From Bacteroides sp. (lineage in GTDB: Bacteria; Bacteroidota; Bacteroidia; Bacteroidales; Muribaculaceae): a stretch of DNA of 64,000 nt. A program made the position numbers and the translations under genes. The DNA is taken from assembly GCA_014802445.1 (NCBI GenBank), contig JAAVCF010000008.1, forward strand, positions 159,792 through 223,791, given 5' to 3'. Below are positions 47,901 through 56,165 of the stretch, in pieces (position 1 is the stretch's first letter; every line of letters begins with the position of its first letter). The notes beneath the pieces were generated by a model. That model saw nothing but the letters and a program-made list of their open reading frames with translations, was not told the origin of the DNA and searched no databases.

Positions 47901-48390
47901 GCCACCAAACGGTTTCGATGTAGCGATTGTCGTAGGTGATATAGGGGTCGTTCATGTCGACGAAGTAGCCTATGCGGCGGGTAAGAGTTTCCCACTCCTG
48001 AGTGTACTTCATGACCTCGCGACGGCAAGCGGCATTGTATTCATCGACAGAGATTTTCTTGCCGATGTCTTCCTTGGTGATGCCGAGCGCTTTCTCTACA
48101 CCGAGCTCCACGGGGAGGCCGTGGGTGTCCCATCCTGCCTTGCGGTTAACCTGGAAGCCCTTCATTGTCTTATAGCGACAGAACGTATCCTTAATTGTGC
48201 GGGCAAGCACGTGGTGAATACCGGGCATGCCGTTAGCCGAGGGGGGACCCTCATAGAACACAAAAGAGGGTGCACCCTCACGAACTTTGAGGGTCTGCTC
48301 AAAGAGGCCGGCTGCATCCCATCGCGCCAGTTCCTCAGCATTTACGGCTGAAAGATTCAGACCGTTATACTCGGTGAATTTCTTCTCCAT
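44971..48390 (-). CDS. ileS: isoleucine--tRNA ligase
   Basis: HIGH-region PSANGMPGIHH and KMSKS motif KMSKRLGN; 1139 aa. The ATG at 48390 is preferred and lies 24 nt after a minus-strand TACCTTTG box at 48415-48422. Confidence 0.97.
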   Translation of the reverse strand: MEKKFTEYNGLNLSAVNAEELARWDAAGLFEQTLKVREGAPSFVFYEGPPSANGMPGIHHVLARTIKDTFCRYKTMKGFQVNRKAGWDTHGLPVELGVEKALGITKEDIGKKISVDEYNAACRREVMKYTQEWETLTRRIGYFVDMNDPYITYDNRYIETVWWLLAQLYKKGYLYKGYTIQPYSPAAGTGLSSHELNQPGCYRDVKDTTCTAQFKVLDPLDVMKGWGTPAFLAWTTTPWTLPSNTALAVGPSIEYAVVRTYNPYSGEPVTVVCADSLLAATFGAKGADLPLEDYKKGDKVIPWQVVARMKGADLVGLHYEQLIPWVNPGEGAFRVIPGDYVTTEDGTGIVHIAGTFGADDLRVSRQNNIPPLHMVDKDGNLRPMVDLTGRFFSLDALDPEWVKANVDVEAYSEWAGRPVKNAYDSSLPEDAETLDVSICMMLKQQGKVFRIEKHTHNYPHCWRTDKPVLYYPLDSWFIRSTAARERMMELNDTIKWKPASTGSGRFGKWLENLQDWNLSRSRYWGTPLPIWRTEDGAEEICIDSCEMLFNEMDRAVEAGFMKSNPWRDKGFVPGDYSRENYEKIDLHRPYVDDFILVSPSGKPMKRELDLIDVWFDSGAMPYAQIHYPFENKERLDSGELFPADFIAEGVDQTRGWFFTLHAIATMVFDSTAYKAVISNGLVLDKNGNKMSKRLGNAVNPFGAIDDNGSDPLRWYMIATNSPWENLKYDDKGVKEIARKFFATLYNTYSFFALYANVDGFDPAAPQVPLAERPEIDRWIISLLNSLIHTVEEALDDYEPTRAARAISDFVIDNLSNWYVRLNRKRFWGGEMTVDKLAAYQTLYTCLETVSRLMAPIAPFYADRLYRDLSMGAGKDSVHLADYPVYDAAMVDKALEERMAIAQTITSMVLSLRRKVNLKVRQPLATLMIPVDDEARRQAIEQVRDLILGEVNVKDIRFVSSEDGVLVKRVKPDFKKLGPKHGKAMKAVAAALQQLSQHDIAAFERDGHIELTIEGQPRMVDAADVEIISEDIPGWLVANEGNITIALDVTLTDALRREGIARDIVNRIQNIRKDRGFNITDKITLRFESNPEADAAINDFSDYIARQVLATSVEIVPSLAEFEELDIDGLLLKVNVALAN

Positions 48391-48646
48391 TTCTGTGCTA
48401 TATGAAAATTTTTGCAAAGGTACAAAAAAATCTTGAAAATGTCACATCCAAAAAATCGGCATGAATTGAGGGATGGGAGGAGGGTTTTGGGGGGCGTGTT
48501 AGATTCACAACATCGTCGCTCCGCGACTCTTTGTGTGGTGTGGGGCTGGCCCGGCACTCCCTACGGTCGTGGCCGGGTTAAACACAATGTCGCCACTCCG
48601 TGGCTCGGGATTGCCGTTTTTTACGATTGTCCCAATCGTTTTTGAT

Positions 48647-48800
48647 GTCGCGGAGGGCGGGCGCCCCGAACGGGCGCCCCTACATTTTGCGGGTGAGTTG
48701 GGGGCCGGGGGGATATTGCCACAGAGGGGTTGGGCGCGGTGGGCGGGCGCCCCGAACGGGCGCCCCTACATTTTGCGGGTGAGTTGGGGCCGGGGGGATA
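48647..48800 (+). repeat. two tandem copies (period 86 bp) of the REP-like GC-rich hairpin element
   Basis: The cores at 48655-48715 and 48741-48800 are identical except for one G. Each contains GGGCGCCC-CGAAC-GGGCGCCC followed by CTACATTTTGCGGGTGAGTTGGGG. Confidence 0.85.
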
Positions 48801-48832
48801 AAATAAACGCTCCTCGCGGGGGCGAGGAGCGT
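48800..48832 (-). terminator. terminator after the sigma-factor gene
   Basis: On the minus strand: 11-bp stem ACGCTCCTCGC/GCGAGGAGCGT followed by TTTATTTT. Confidence 0.8.
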
Positions 48833-48858
48833 GATGAGTGGGGCCGGACCGGGGAGGG

Positions 48859-49452
48859 TCAGGCGGAGAGGGCGATGTTGTTTTCCTGGGCGAGGCGGCG
48901 CATGTTGAGGATGGCGTAGCGCATGCGGCCGAGGGCGGTGTTGATTGACACGCCTGTGGCTTCGGCAATTTCCTTGAAGGACATATTGCGATAATAGCGC
49001 ATCACGAGCACCTGTCGCTGGGATTTGGGGAGCGCCTTTATGAGTCGGCGCACATCGTCGGTGATCTGCTTGCTGACCATGAGATCCTCGATGGTACCGT
49101 CGCTGAGTTCGCGGCGGTTGAAGATGTCGAAACCGTCATCAGTGTCGGCAGAGACGTGATTTTCGCTCTTTTCCTGACGATAGTGGTCAATAATCAGATT
49201 GTGGGCAATGCGGGTTATCCATGCCGAAAACTTACCGCTTTCGGTGTAACGACCCTGGCGTATGGTGGTTATGGCCTTGACGAAGGTTTCCTGAAAGATG
49301 TCGTCGGCAAGGTCTTTGTTTTTTACGATGTAGAAAATATAGGAAAACACGCGGTTCTCATGACGCTTGAGGAGCGTGTCGAAAGCCTTATTCTCACCAT
49401 TGGCGTAAGCCATTACCAACTGCTCGTCGGTAAGCTTAGTCAGATTCTGCAT
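48859..49452 (-). CDS. sigma-70-family (ECF-type) RNA polymerase sigma factor
   Basis: 197 aa with region 2 (FDTLLKRHENRVFSYI, DIFQETFVK) and a region 4 HTH (MSFKEIAEATGVSINTALGRMRYA). Confidence 0.88.
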   Translation of the reverse strand: MQNLTKLTDEQLVMAYANGENKAFDTLLKRHENRVFSYIFYIVKNKDLADDIFQETFVKAITTIRQGRYTESGKFSAWITRIAHNLIIDHYRQEKSENHVSADTDDGFDIFNRRELSDGTIEDLMVSKQITDDVRRLIKALPKSQRQVLVMRYYRNMSFKEIAEATGVSINTALGRMRYAILNMRRLAQENNIALSA

Positions 49453-49735
49453 TACTGTAATTTTATTGGTTAGAGTAATGGTGTGTCGATAGGCAAGGAG
49501 AAATTTTAAGTTAGAATATTGGTTACATTTTGATTGGTAAGTACAAAATTACGAAAATGGAATGAAATGTGCAATAGTGTGAAGATTAATTTTGCGATAT
49601 TTAACACAACTGACACAATAAACCGCCAAAGGGTGAGAAAACGACAAAAAAGATAGTGATGCCACAATAACGGGGCGAGTAAAGGCGTTAAGGAAATGTA
49701 AAAAGACCTCAACCACATCCTCAAATCAACTGCCT

Positions 49736-49924
49736 ATGAAGAAAACTTCTACCCAACTATCCCGTCAAGACATGATACACTATAAAGCCACCCGCTCCGA
49801 ATCAGGCCATGACACTCCGGGACCGAAGGCGTCGACCCTTCACTTTCTGCGCCAACTTGCGCGATGCTATTCACCCGAACCGGCGCTGTCAGTGCCATCG
49901 CTGAGCGGAACCATACTCAACTGA
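49736..49924 (+). CDS. 62-aa ORF of unknown function (weak call)
   Basis: ATG start. A 9-bp hairpin (49938-49971) plus T-run follows. A TAATTTTG box at 49587-49594 lies 141 nt upstream. No motif recognised. Confidence 0.3.
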   Translation: MKKTSTQLSRQDMIHYKATRSESGHDTPGPKASTLHFLRQLARCYSPEPALSVPSLSGTILN

Positions 49925-50007
49925 CCATAGAATCACGGCGGAGACCTTGCTATCAGAAGCGGGGTCTCCGCGCTACGTTTTTCGGAGAGTGTTTCGCATT
50001 TTTTCGC

Positions 50008-50015
50008 TAACTTTG
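50008..50015 (+). promoter_or_regulatory. -7 promoter box (TAACTTTG) for the Wzi-like operon
   Basis: Exact TAnnTTTG, 46 nt upstream of the ATG at 50062. Confidence 0.5.
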
Positions 50016-50061
50016 CAAGCTAAGTCAGTCTCAAAAAACTACAGACCCCGAAATACTATCA

Positions 50062-51594
50062 ATGAAAACATTCAAATCCTTAACCCCGGCCCTGATGGTG
50101 GCGGCAGCCATGCTCACATGGGGCGAAGCCCGGGCGGACTATCCGCTGAGCTACGAGGCTACGCTGACAGGCACGGGATCGACGGGAGATTTTACACCTT
50201 ATTATATAAACGCTCTGCGCCACGGCAAAGTGACGGCGGCCAACAACGCCCTGATTGAAGGGAAGCTCCAGCGCGAGATGGAGACCGACCGGCGATTCAG
50301 CTACGGCTTTGGCGCTGACTTTCTGGCAGGATGGTCGTCGGCCAACAACTATGCCATCTACAATGCCGAAAGCGGCTGGGGCGAGCGCAGCTGCCATCCG
50401 CCCCGGATATGGCTCCAGCAGCTTTACGGCGAGGTGAAATACCGCGGAGTGTTTCTGACCGCCGGCATGAAAGAGCACTCGTCGGCCCTGCTCAGCCCTA
50501 CTCTTTCAAGCGGTGACCTGGTGGAGAGCGGCAATGCCCGCCCGATTCCCGAAGTGAGAATAGGCTTCATTGATTTCCAGGACATACCGCTGACCAACGG
50601 ATGGGTTCAGATTCAAGGCGAGCTGGGCTACGGAAAGATGACCGACAGCGACTGGTGGACAGACCGTTACAACTACTACAACTATCACGTGGTAACCGGC
50701 GAATGGTATAACTACAAACGCTGCTATTTCCGCACCAAGCCCTCGGAGAGATTCTCAGTGACCTTAGGCATGCAGGCAGCAGCCACGTTCGGTGGCACCC
50801 GCTACGTGTATAACCGCGGTGAGATGACCCGCGAGCCTGAGAAGACCAAGGTGAACCTCAAGGCATTCTGGAACGCCCTGCTTCCCATGCGCGGCAGCGG
50901 CGAAGGCTTTTATGAAGGTAACCATCTGGGGTCATGGGACTTCATGGCCCGTTACCGCTTTGTGAGCGGCCACGAAGTGAAAGCCTATTTCGAATGGCCC
51001 TGGGAAGACGGCTCAGGCATAGGACGCCGCAACGGCTGGGACGGCCTATGGGGCCTTGAATGGCATGCGCCTGACAGCAACCTGCCTATTCACGGCGCCG
51101 TGGCCGAATATATCGACATGACCAACCAGAGCGGACCTCAGCACTTTGCCCCCGGCGATTTTCCCGGCAACACAATAGGGAGCGAAGCCACGGGCGGCGA
51201 CGACTACTATAACAACCAGTTTTACAACGCCTATGCCAACTACGGGATGTCGATAGGCACACCGATGCTGATGGCCCCGATTTTTAACCTCGACGGTTAT
51301 TTAGCCTACGTGGCCAACCGCATGCGCGGCTTTCACGTGGCGCTGGAAGGACAGATTCTGCCCGGGCTTGACTGGAGAGCTATGGGAGGCTATCGCGTGG
51401 GCTACGGCAACGGGCGCGTGATGCTCCCCGAGAATATCCACAGCACCTCAGTGGCCGTGGATGTGAAATGGAAGATGGCCTGCGTGAAAGGGCTGTCGCT
51501 GACCGGCATGCTCGCCTATGACCACGGAAGCATGCCCGGAAACTCATTCGGCGCAATGGTGTCACTAACATATAGCGGAAACCTCAACCTATGA
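50062..51594 (+). CDS. outer-membrane protein, capsule-assembly Wzi-like
   Basis: Signal peptide. The N-terminal SYEATLTGTGSTGDFTPYYINALRHGK resembles Bacteroides Wzi-family proteins (from memory). Aromatic-rich beta-barrel composition. Confidence 0.5.
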   Translation: MKTFKSLTPALMVAAAMLTWGEARADYPLSYEATLTGTGSTGDFTPYYINALRHGKVTAANNALIEGKLQREMETDRRFSYGFGADFLAGWSSANNYAIYNAESGWGERSCHPPRIWLQQLYGEVKYRGVFLTAGMKEHSSALLSPTLSSGDLVESGNARPIPEVRIGFIDFQDIPLTNGWVQIQGELGYGKMTDSDWWTDRYNYYNYHVVTGEWYNYKRCYFRTKPSERFSVTLGMQAAATFGGTRYVYNRGEMTREPEKTKVNLKAFWNALLPMRGSGEGFYEGNHLGSWDFMARYRFVSGHEVKAYFEWPWEDGSGIGRRNGWDGLWGLEWHAPDSNLPIHGAVAEYIDMTNQSGPQHFAPGDFPGNTIGSEATGGDDYYNNQFYNAYANYGMSIGTPMLMAPIFNLDGYLAYVANRMRGFHVALEGQILPGLDWRAMGGYRVGYGNGRVMLPENIHSTSVAVDVKWKMACVKGLSLTGMLAYDHGSMPGNSFGAMVSLTYSGNLNL

Positions 51595-52043
51595 AAACGA
51601 AGATACTCAACCTGTTGACTCTGATTGTGATGATGGCCGGACTGAGCGCCTGCACTCAGAACAACGGCGACATATCGCCATGGTTCGGATATTGGCGCAT
51701 GACGGCGCTGAACCTTGACGGTGAGCCTGACCCGGCATATAACGGCATGATCACATGGTCATTCCAGAACAATATAGTGGCAATCAACACCTACGACGAG
51801 CTCCATGATTATGACGAAGGATTCGGCACATGGGAGGAAGAGGGCAACAGCCTGATTCTTGACTTCACCCACAGCCAGGGGCAGGAGAACGCCTACATGT
51901 ATACCCCCCCGGTGATTCTCCAGATTCCCGACAACCGCACCGTGGCCTTCACTATTGAAAAGAGGAGCGGGCGCGAGATTGTGCTCAGCCGAGTGCTCGA
52001 TTCGGGAGAGACCATGACCTGCGTGCTCAAAAAAATCTATTGA
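51591..52043 (+). CDS. lipocalin-like-domain lipoprotein
   Basis: Lipobox LSACT and the WFGYWRM motif. ATGA overlap with the upstream gene. Confidence 0.55.
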   Translation: MKTKILNLLTLIVMMAGLSACTQNNGDISPWFGYWRMTALNLDGEPDPAYNGMITWSFQNNIVAINTYDELHDYDEGFGTWEEEGNSLILDFTHSQGQENAYMYTPPVILQIPDNRTVAFTIEKRSGREIVLSRVLDSGETMTCVLKKIY

Positions 52044-52046
52044 ACA

Positions 52047-53033
52047 ATGGCAAACGACAAGAAGATACTGGTGACCGGTGCCGACGGCTTCATAGGGTCA
52101 CACCTCACGGAGCTACTGCTCAGCGAGGGCTATGATGTGAGAGCCCTGAGCCAATACAACTCATTCAACAACTGGGGATGGCTTGAGGGTGTGAAGCATC
52201 CGAGACTCGAAGTGGTGAGCGGCGACGTGCGCGACGCCGCCTTCTGCCGTCACCTGGTGAAAGACTGCTCGACGGTGTATCATCTGGCGGCCCTGATAGC
52301 TATTCCTTACAGCTATGTGGCTCCTGACTCGTATGTTGACACCAATGTGAAGGGGACGCTCAACATGTGTCAGGCAGCGCTGGAAGCCGGCGTTGACCGC
52401 ATTGTAGTGACCTCAACCAGCGAAGTTTACGGCACGGCGCTGCGAGTGCCCATCGACGAAAACCACCCCCGCCAGCCCCAGTCGCCCTACTCGGCCACGA
52501 AAATCGGCGCCGACGCGATTGCCATGAGCTTTTACAACTCATTTGAGCTGCCGCTGGTGATTGCGCGGCCCTTCAACACCTATGGCCCGCGGCAGAGCGC
52601 CCGCGCCATCATCCCCACCATCATCTCGCAGATAGCCTCGGGGATGGAGGAGATAAAAGTGGGCGACCTCTCCCCCACCCGCGATTTCAACTATGTGGGC
52701 GACACCGTGAGAGGCTTCCTGGCCCTGGGCACCGCACCCGGCATTGAAGGCCGCGACATCAACATAGCCACCGGCACAGAGGTGAGCATGCGCGAGACCC
52801 TCGAGACCATCGCCAAGGTGATGGGCAAAGAGGTGCGCTGGACCGTTGACCCCGCCCGCATGCGCCCCTCAGGGAGCGAAGTGAGGCGTCTGTGTGGCGA
52901 CAACACCCTGATTACCACCCTCACCGACTGGCGCCCGGAAGTGAGCCTCGAAGAGGGCCTGCGACGCACCGCAGAATGGTTTGTCAACCCCGATAACCTC
53001 GCCAAATACAAAGCCAACATTTACAACCGATGA
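52047..53033 (+). CDS. NAD-dependent sugar-nucleotide 4,6-dehydratase, LegB-like (extended SDR)
   Basis: VTGADGFIGSH Rossmann motif, catalytic YSATK, and YNSFNNWGWLE, which I associate with LegB-type enzymes. Confidence 0.7.
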   Translation: MANDKKILVTGADGFIGSHLTELLLSEGYDVRALSQYNSFNNWGWLEGVKHPRLEVVSGDVRDAAFCRHLVKDCSTVYHLAALIAIPYSYVAPDSYVDTNVKGTLNMCQAALEAGVDRIVVTSTSEVYGTALRVPIDENHPRQPQSPYSATKIGADAIAMSFYNSFELPLVIARPFNTYGPRQSARAIIPTIISQIASGMEEIKVGDLSPTRDFNYVGDTVRGFLALGTAPGIEGRDINIATGTEVSMRETLETIAKVMGKEVRWTVDPARMRPSGSEVRRLCGDNTLITTLTDWRPEVSLEEGLRRTAEWFVNPDNLAKYKANIYNR

Positions 53034-53677
53034 CCCACTCACCAGCTCCACTGCTACTCATAGGCGCCGGGGGCCACGCCCGCTCCGTGGCGCAGGCCTG
53101 CGCGCCCCGCTATGAGGCGACAGCCTACGCCGACCCCACCGCGGCCACCGACCCGGTGCTCGGAGGGCTGGTGCATGCCGGCGACGACGAAGCCTGCCGC
53201 GCAGGGCGCGAGTGGGCCGCGATGGAAGCCGTGATAACCGCCGGCACAGGGAGCGACGGCAGCCTGACCCTGCGCAGGAAGCTCATTGACGCCTACGGCG
53301 AGCGGCCTTACGCCACGATTGTGAGCCCGAGTGCATTTGTGGCCCCGACGGCCACGCTTGGCAAAGGCACCGCGGTGATGCACAACGCAGTGGTCAACGC
53401 CTGCACTGAGACAGGGCGCCACTGCGTGATCAACACTGCCGCCGTGATTGAGCATGACTGCCGCCTGGGAGAGAACGTGTTTGCCGGGCCGGGTGCTATT
53501 GTATGCGGCGGCGTGACTGTGGGCAACGATGTGTTTATAGGCGCCGGGGCCGTGCTCAGGCCCGGCATCAGAGTGTGTGACCGAGCCGTGATTGGGCTTG
53601 GAGCGGCAGTGTGCGGCGACATTACCGAGCCGGGCACCTATGCCGGAGTTCCCGCCCGACTTATCAAAAAATCCTGA
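53030..53677 (+). CDS. NeuD/PglB/VioB-family sugar N-acetyltransferase (left-handed beta-helix)
   Basis: LLLIGAGGHARSV N-domain plus hexapeptide repeats. ATGA overlap with the dehydratase gene. Confidence 0.8.
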   Translation: MTHSPAPLLLIGAGGHARSVAQACAPRYEATAYADPTAATDPVLGGLVHAGDDEACRAGREWAAMEAVITAGTGSDGSLTLRRKLIDAYGERPYATIVSPSAFVAPTATLGKGTAVMHNAVVNACTETGRHCVINTAAVIEHDCRLGENVFAGPGAIVCGGVTVGNDVFIGAGAVLRPGIRVCDRAVIGLGAAVCGDITEPGTYAGVPARLIKKS

Positions 53678-53681
53678 CATA

Positions 53682-54689
53682 ATGAATCATACCATAATAA
53701 TAGCCGAGGCCGGTGTGAATCATAACGGCGATGCCTCCACCGCGCTGCAGATGGTCAGAGTGGCCGCTGAGGCGGGTGCTGACTATATAAAATTTCAGAC
53801 CTTCAATGCCGAGAAGCTTGTGGCCCGCAGCGCCGTTAAAGCTGAATATCAGCAGCGTAACTGCGGCGACAGCGACACTTCGCAGCTTGCCATGCTGAAA
53901 AAGCTTGAGCTGACCCCGGAGAGCTTCGGGATGATTGCCGAAGAATGTGAACGCGCCGGGATAGGCTTCATGAGCACCCCTTTTGACCTTGAGTCAATTG
54001 ACACTCTGGCAGCCATGCACATGGACTACTGGAAGCTCCCCTCGGGCGAAATCACCAACCTGCCCTACCTGCGCAAAGTGGCCTCGAAAGGGGGCAAAAT
54101 CATCCTCTCCACAGGCATGTCGACCCTTGAAGAGGTGAGTCAGGCCGTGGACATGCTCGAAAAAGGGGGCATAGCGCGACATGACATCATTCTGCTTCAC
54201 TGCACCACGCAATATCCCACCCCGATGGCCGACGTGAACCTCCGCGCCATGGACGCCCTCCGCACGCTGGGCTGCGGAGGCGTGGGCTACAGTGACCACA
54301 CACAGGGGATTGAGGTGCCCGTTGCAGCCGTGGCACTTGGCGCGGTGGTGATTGAGAAGCATTTCACCCTCGACAAGAGCATGGACGGGCCCGACCATCG
54401 CGCCTCGCTCAACCCGCAGGAACTCCGGGCGATGGTGGACAGCGTGCGCAATATCGAGCTGGCACTGGGCGACGGCAACAAGCGCATAACACCCAGCGAG
54501 GCCCCCAACATAGCCGTGGCCCGCAAGAGCATAGTGGCGGCGCGACCCATCCATGCCGGCGAACTACTGACAGAAGACAACCTCACCGTGAAGCGCCCCG
54601 GCAACGGCCTGTCGCCCATGATGTGGGACACCGTTATCGGCACCCGCGCCAAGCGCGACTTTGACTACGATTCACTGATAGAGCTCTAA
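53682..54689 (+). CDS. nonulosonic acid synthase (NeuB/LegI family)
   Basis: IIAEAGVNHNGD, KFQTF and GYSDHT motifs plus a C-terminal SAF domain. The ATG at 53682 is preferred over the track start at 53592. Confidence 0.88.
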   Translation: MNHTIIIAEAGVNHNGDASTALQMVRVAAEAGADYIKFQTFNAEKLVARSAVKAEYQQRNCGDSDTSQLAMLKKLELTPESFGMIAEECERAGIGFMSTPFDLESIDTLAAMHMDYWKLPSGEITNLPYLRKVASKGGKIILSTGMSTLEEVSQAVDMLEKGGIARHDIILLHCTTQYPTPMADVNLRAMDALRTLGCGGVGYSDHTQGIEVPVAAVALGAVVIEKHFTLDKSMDGPDHRASLNPQELRAMVDSVRNIELALGDGNKRITPSEAPNIAVARKSIVAARPIHAGELLTEDNLTVKRPGNGLSPMMWDTVIGTRAKRDFDYDSLIEL

Positions 54690-54722
54690 CCCTACGCACC
54701 TCTCGATTGTTTTACGGATACG

Positions 54723-56153
54723 ATGCCACAGCAGAAACTCCATCTTTCTAACGAACAGCGACTGCAGCAGACGCTTTCACCCCTCCAGGTGAGATATTTC
54801 AAGATGCTTGAGATGTCAGACGCCCGGATGGAGGAGGAAGTGCGCCGTGCCCTCGACGAAAACCCGGCGCTGGAAGTCAAGGACGCCGACGATGCCCCCG
54901 CCGACACCTTTGAGGAGAGCGCCGAACAGATGCAGCTGGCCGACTATCGCAACGAGGACGACATACCATCCTACAGGCTCGAAGCCCGCAACCACTCGGT
55001 CAACGACCGCTACATCGAGCCCACGGCGGTGGAGGCCGACGGCTCGCTGATGGATGTGCTCTCTGACCAGCTCTCACTCACTGACCTGTCAGAAACCGAC
55101 AAGGCTATAGGACGTTACATAATCGGCAACATCGACGACAACGGCTATCTGACCCGCACGCCCGACGTGCTGGCCGACGACATCACCATGGCCGGCGGCG
55201 TGGAGGTGAGCCCCGCGCAGGTGCGTAGCGTGCTCGAAACCATCCGCTCGCTCGACCCCGCCGGAGTGGGAGCTTATGACCTCCGCGACTGCCTCCTGCT
55301 CCAGTTGAAACGCCGCGAGCCCACCCCCGAAGTGATGGCCGCCCGCGAAATCACGGGCCACTACTTTGACCTCTTCTCCAAGAAGCATTACGACAAGATT
55401 GAATCAGCCACCGGCCTGAACCGCGAGCAATTGCGCGATGCAGTGGCGATAATACGCTCACTCAACCCCAAGCCCGGCAGCGAGATTGGCGGCGGCAGCG
55501 ATGACGACCGCCTGCGCCACGTGACCCCCGACTTTGCCGTGGAGGCCGACCCCAACGACAATCTCACCGTGACACTGCTGAGCAATATCCCCGAGCTGAG
55601 CATAGAAAAGACATTTGACCACGACACCACCGTGGCCGCAAAACCCACGCGAGGACAGAGCGAGGCCGACACCTTTATCCGCCATAAACGCGACGAGGCC
55701 CAGGGCTTTATCCGCATTGTCAAGATGCGCAACGAGACCCTCTTCCGGGTGATGAGCGCCATCGTGAAGCTTCAGCGGCCATTCTTCCTGAGCGGCAATG
55801 AGGCTGCCATCAAGCCGATGATACTCAAGGATGTGAGCGCACTCACGGGCGATGACCAATCGGTGATTTCCCGCGCCACGTCAGGCAAATATGTCAGCAC
55901 CCCCTGGGGCATTTTTCCCCTGAAGCATTTCTTCAACGAGAAATTCAGCTCAGAGGCGCCCAACACCTCCTCACGCGAAATTCTCACCGAACTCAAGGCG
56001 CTCATCGACGCCGAAAATCCCCGTAAACCACTCAGCGACGAAGCCTTATCGCAGGCATTGGCCAAGAAAGGCTACGATGTGGCACGCCGCACGGTCACAA
56101 AGTATCGCGAACAATTGTCAATCCCCGTGGCGCGCCTGCGCCGGGAGCTCTAA
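54723..56153 (+). CDS. rpoN: RNA polymerase sigma-54 factor
   Basis: N-terminal Gln/Leu-rich region I and the C-terminal RpoN box ARRTVTKYRE. Confidence 0.95.
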   Translation: MPQQKLHLSNEQRLQQTLSPLQVRYFKMLEMSDARMEEEVRRALDENPALEVKDADDAPADTFEESAEQMQLADYRNEDDIPSYRLEARNHSVNDRYIEPTAVEADGSLMDVLSDQLSLTDLSETDKAIGRYIIGNIDDNGYLTRTPDVLADDITMAGGVEVSPAQVRSVLETIRSLDPAGVGAYDLRDCLLLQLKRREPTPEVMAAREITGHYFDLFSKKHYDKIESATGLNREQLRDAVAIIRSLNPKPGSEIGGGSDDDRLRHVTPDFAVEADPNDNLTVTLLSNIPELSIEKTFDHDTTVAAKPTRGQSEADTFIRHKRDEAQGFIRIVKMRNETLFRVMSAIVKLQRPFFLSGNEAAIKPMILKDVSALTGDDQSVISRATSGKYVSTPWGIFPLKHFFNEKFSSEAPNTSSREILTELKALIDAENPRKPLSDEALSQALAKKGYDVARRTVTKYREQLSIPVARLRREL

Positions 56154-56165
56154 CACCCTGAAACA

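Noticed and set aside
48647-48800. Possible CRISPR array, because of direct repeats with regular spacing.
   Set aside because: There are only two units. The unit (about 60-69 nt) is longer than the about 17-25 nt between copies. A third copy is solitary 38 kb away, and there are no cas genes in the window. It behaves like a REP/MITE-type element rather than a CRISPR array.
48533-48968. ORFs of 60-128 aa on both strands across 48.5-49.0 kb, two of them containing the repeated peptide GAPNGRPYILRVSWG. The 113-aa ORF at 10576-10917 is similar.
   Set aside because: The repeated peptide is simply the translation of the REP-like DNA repeat. The ORFs span hairpins and a terminator, have extreme Gly/Arg/Pro composition and have no plausible promoter.
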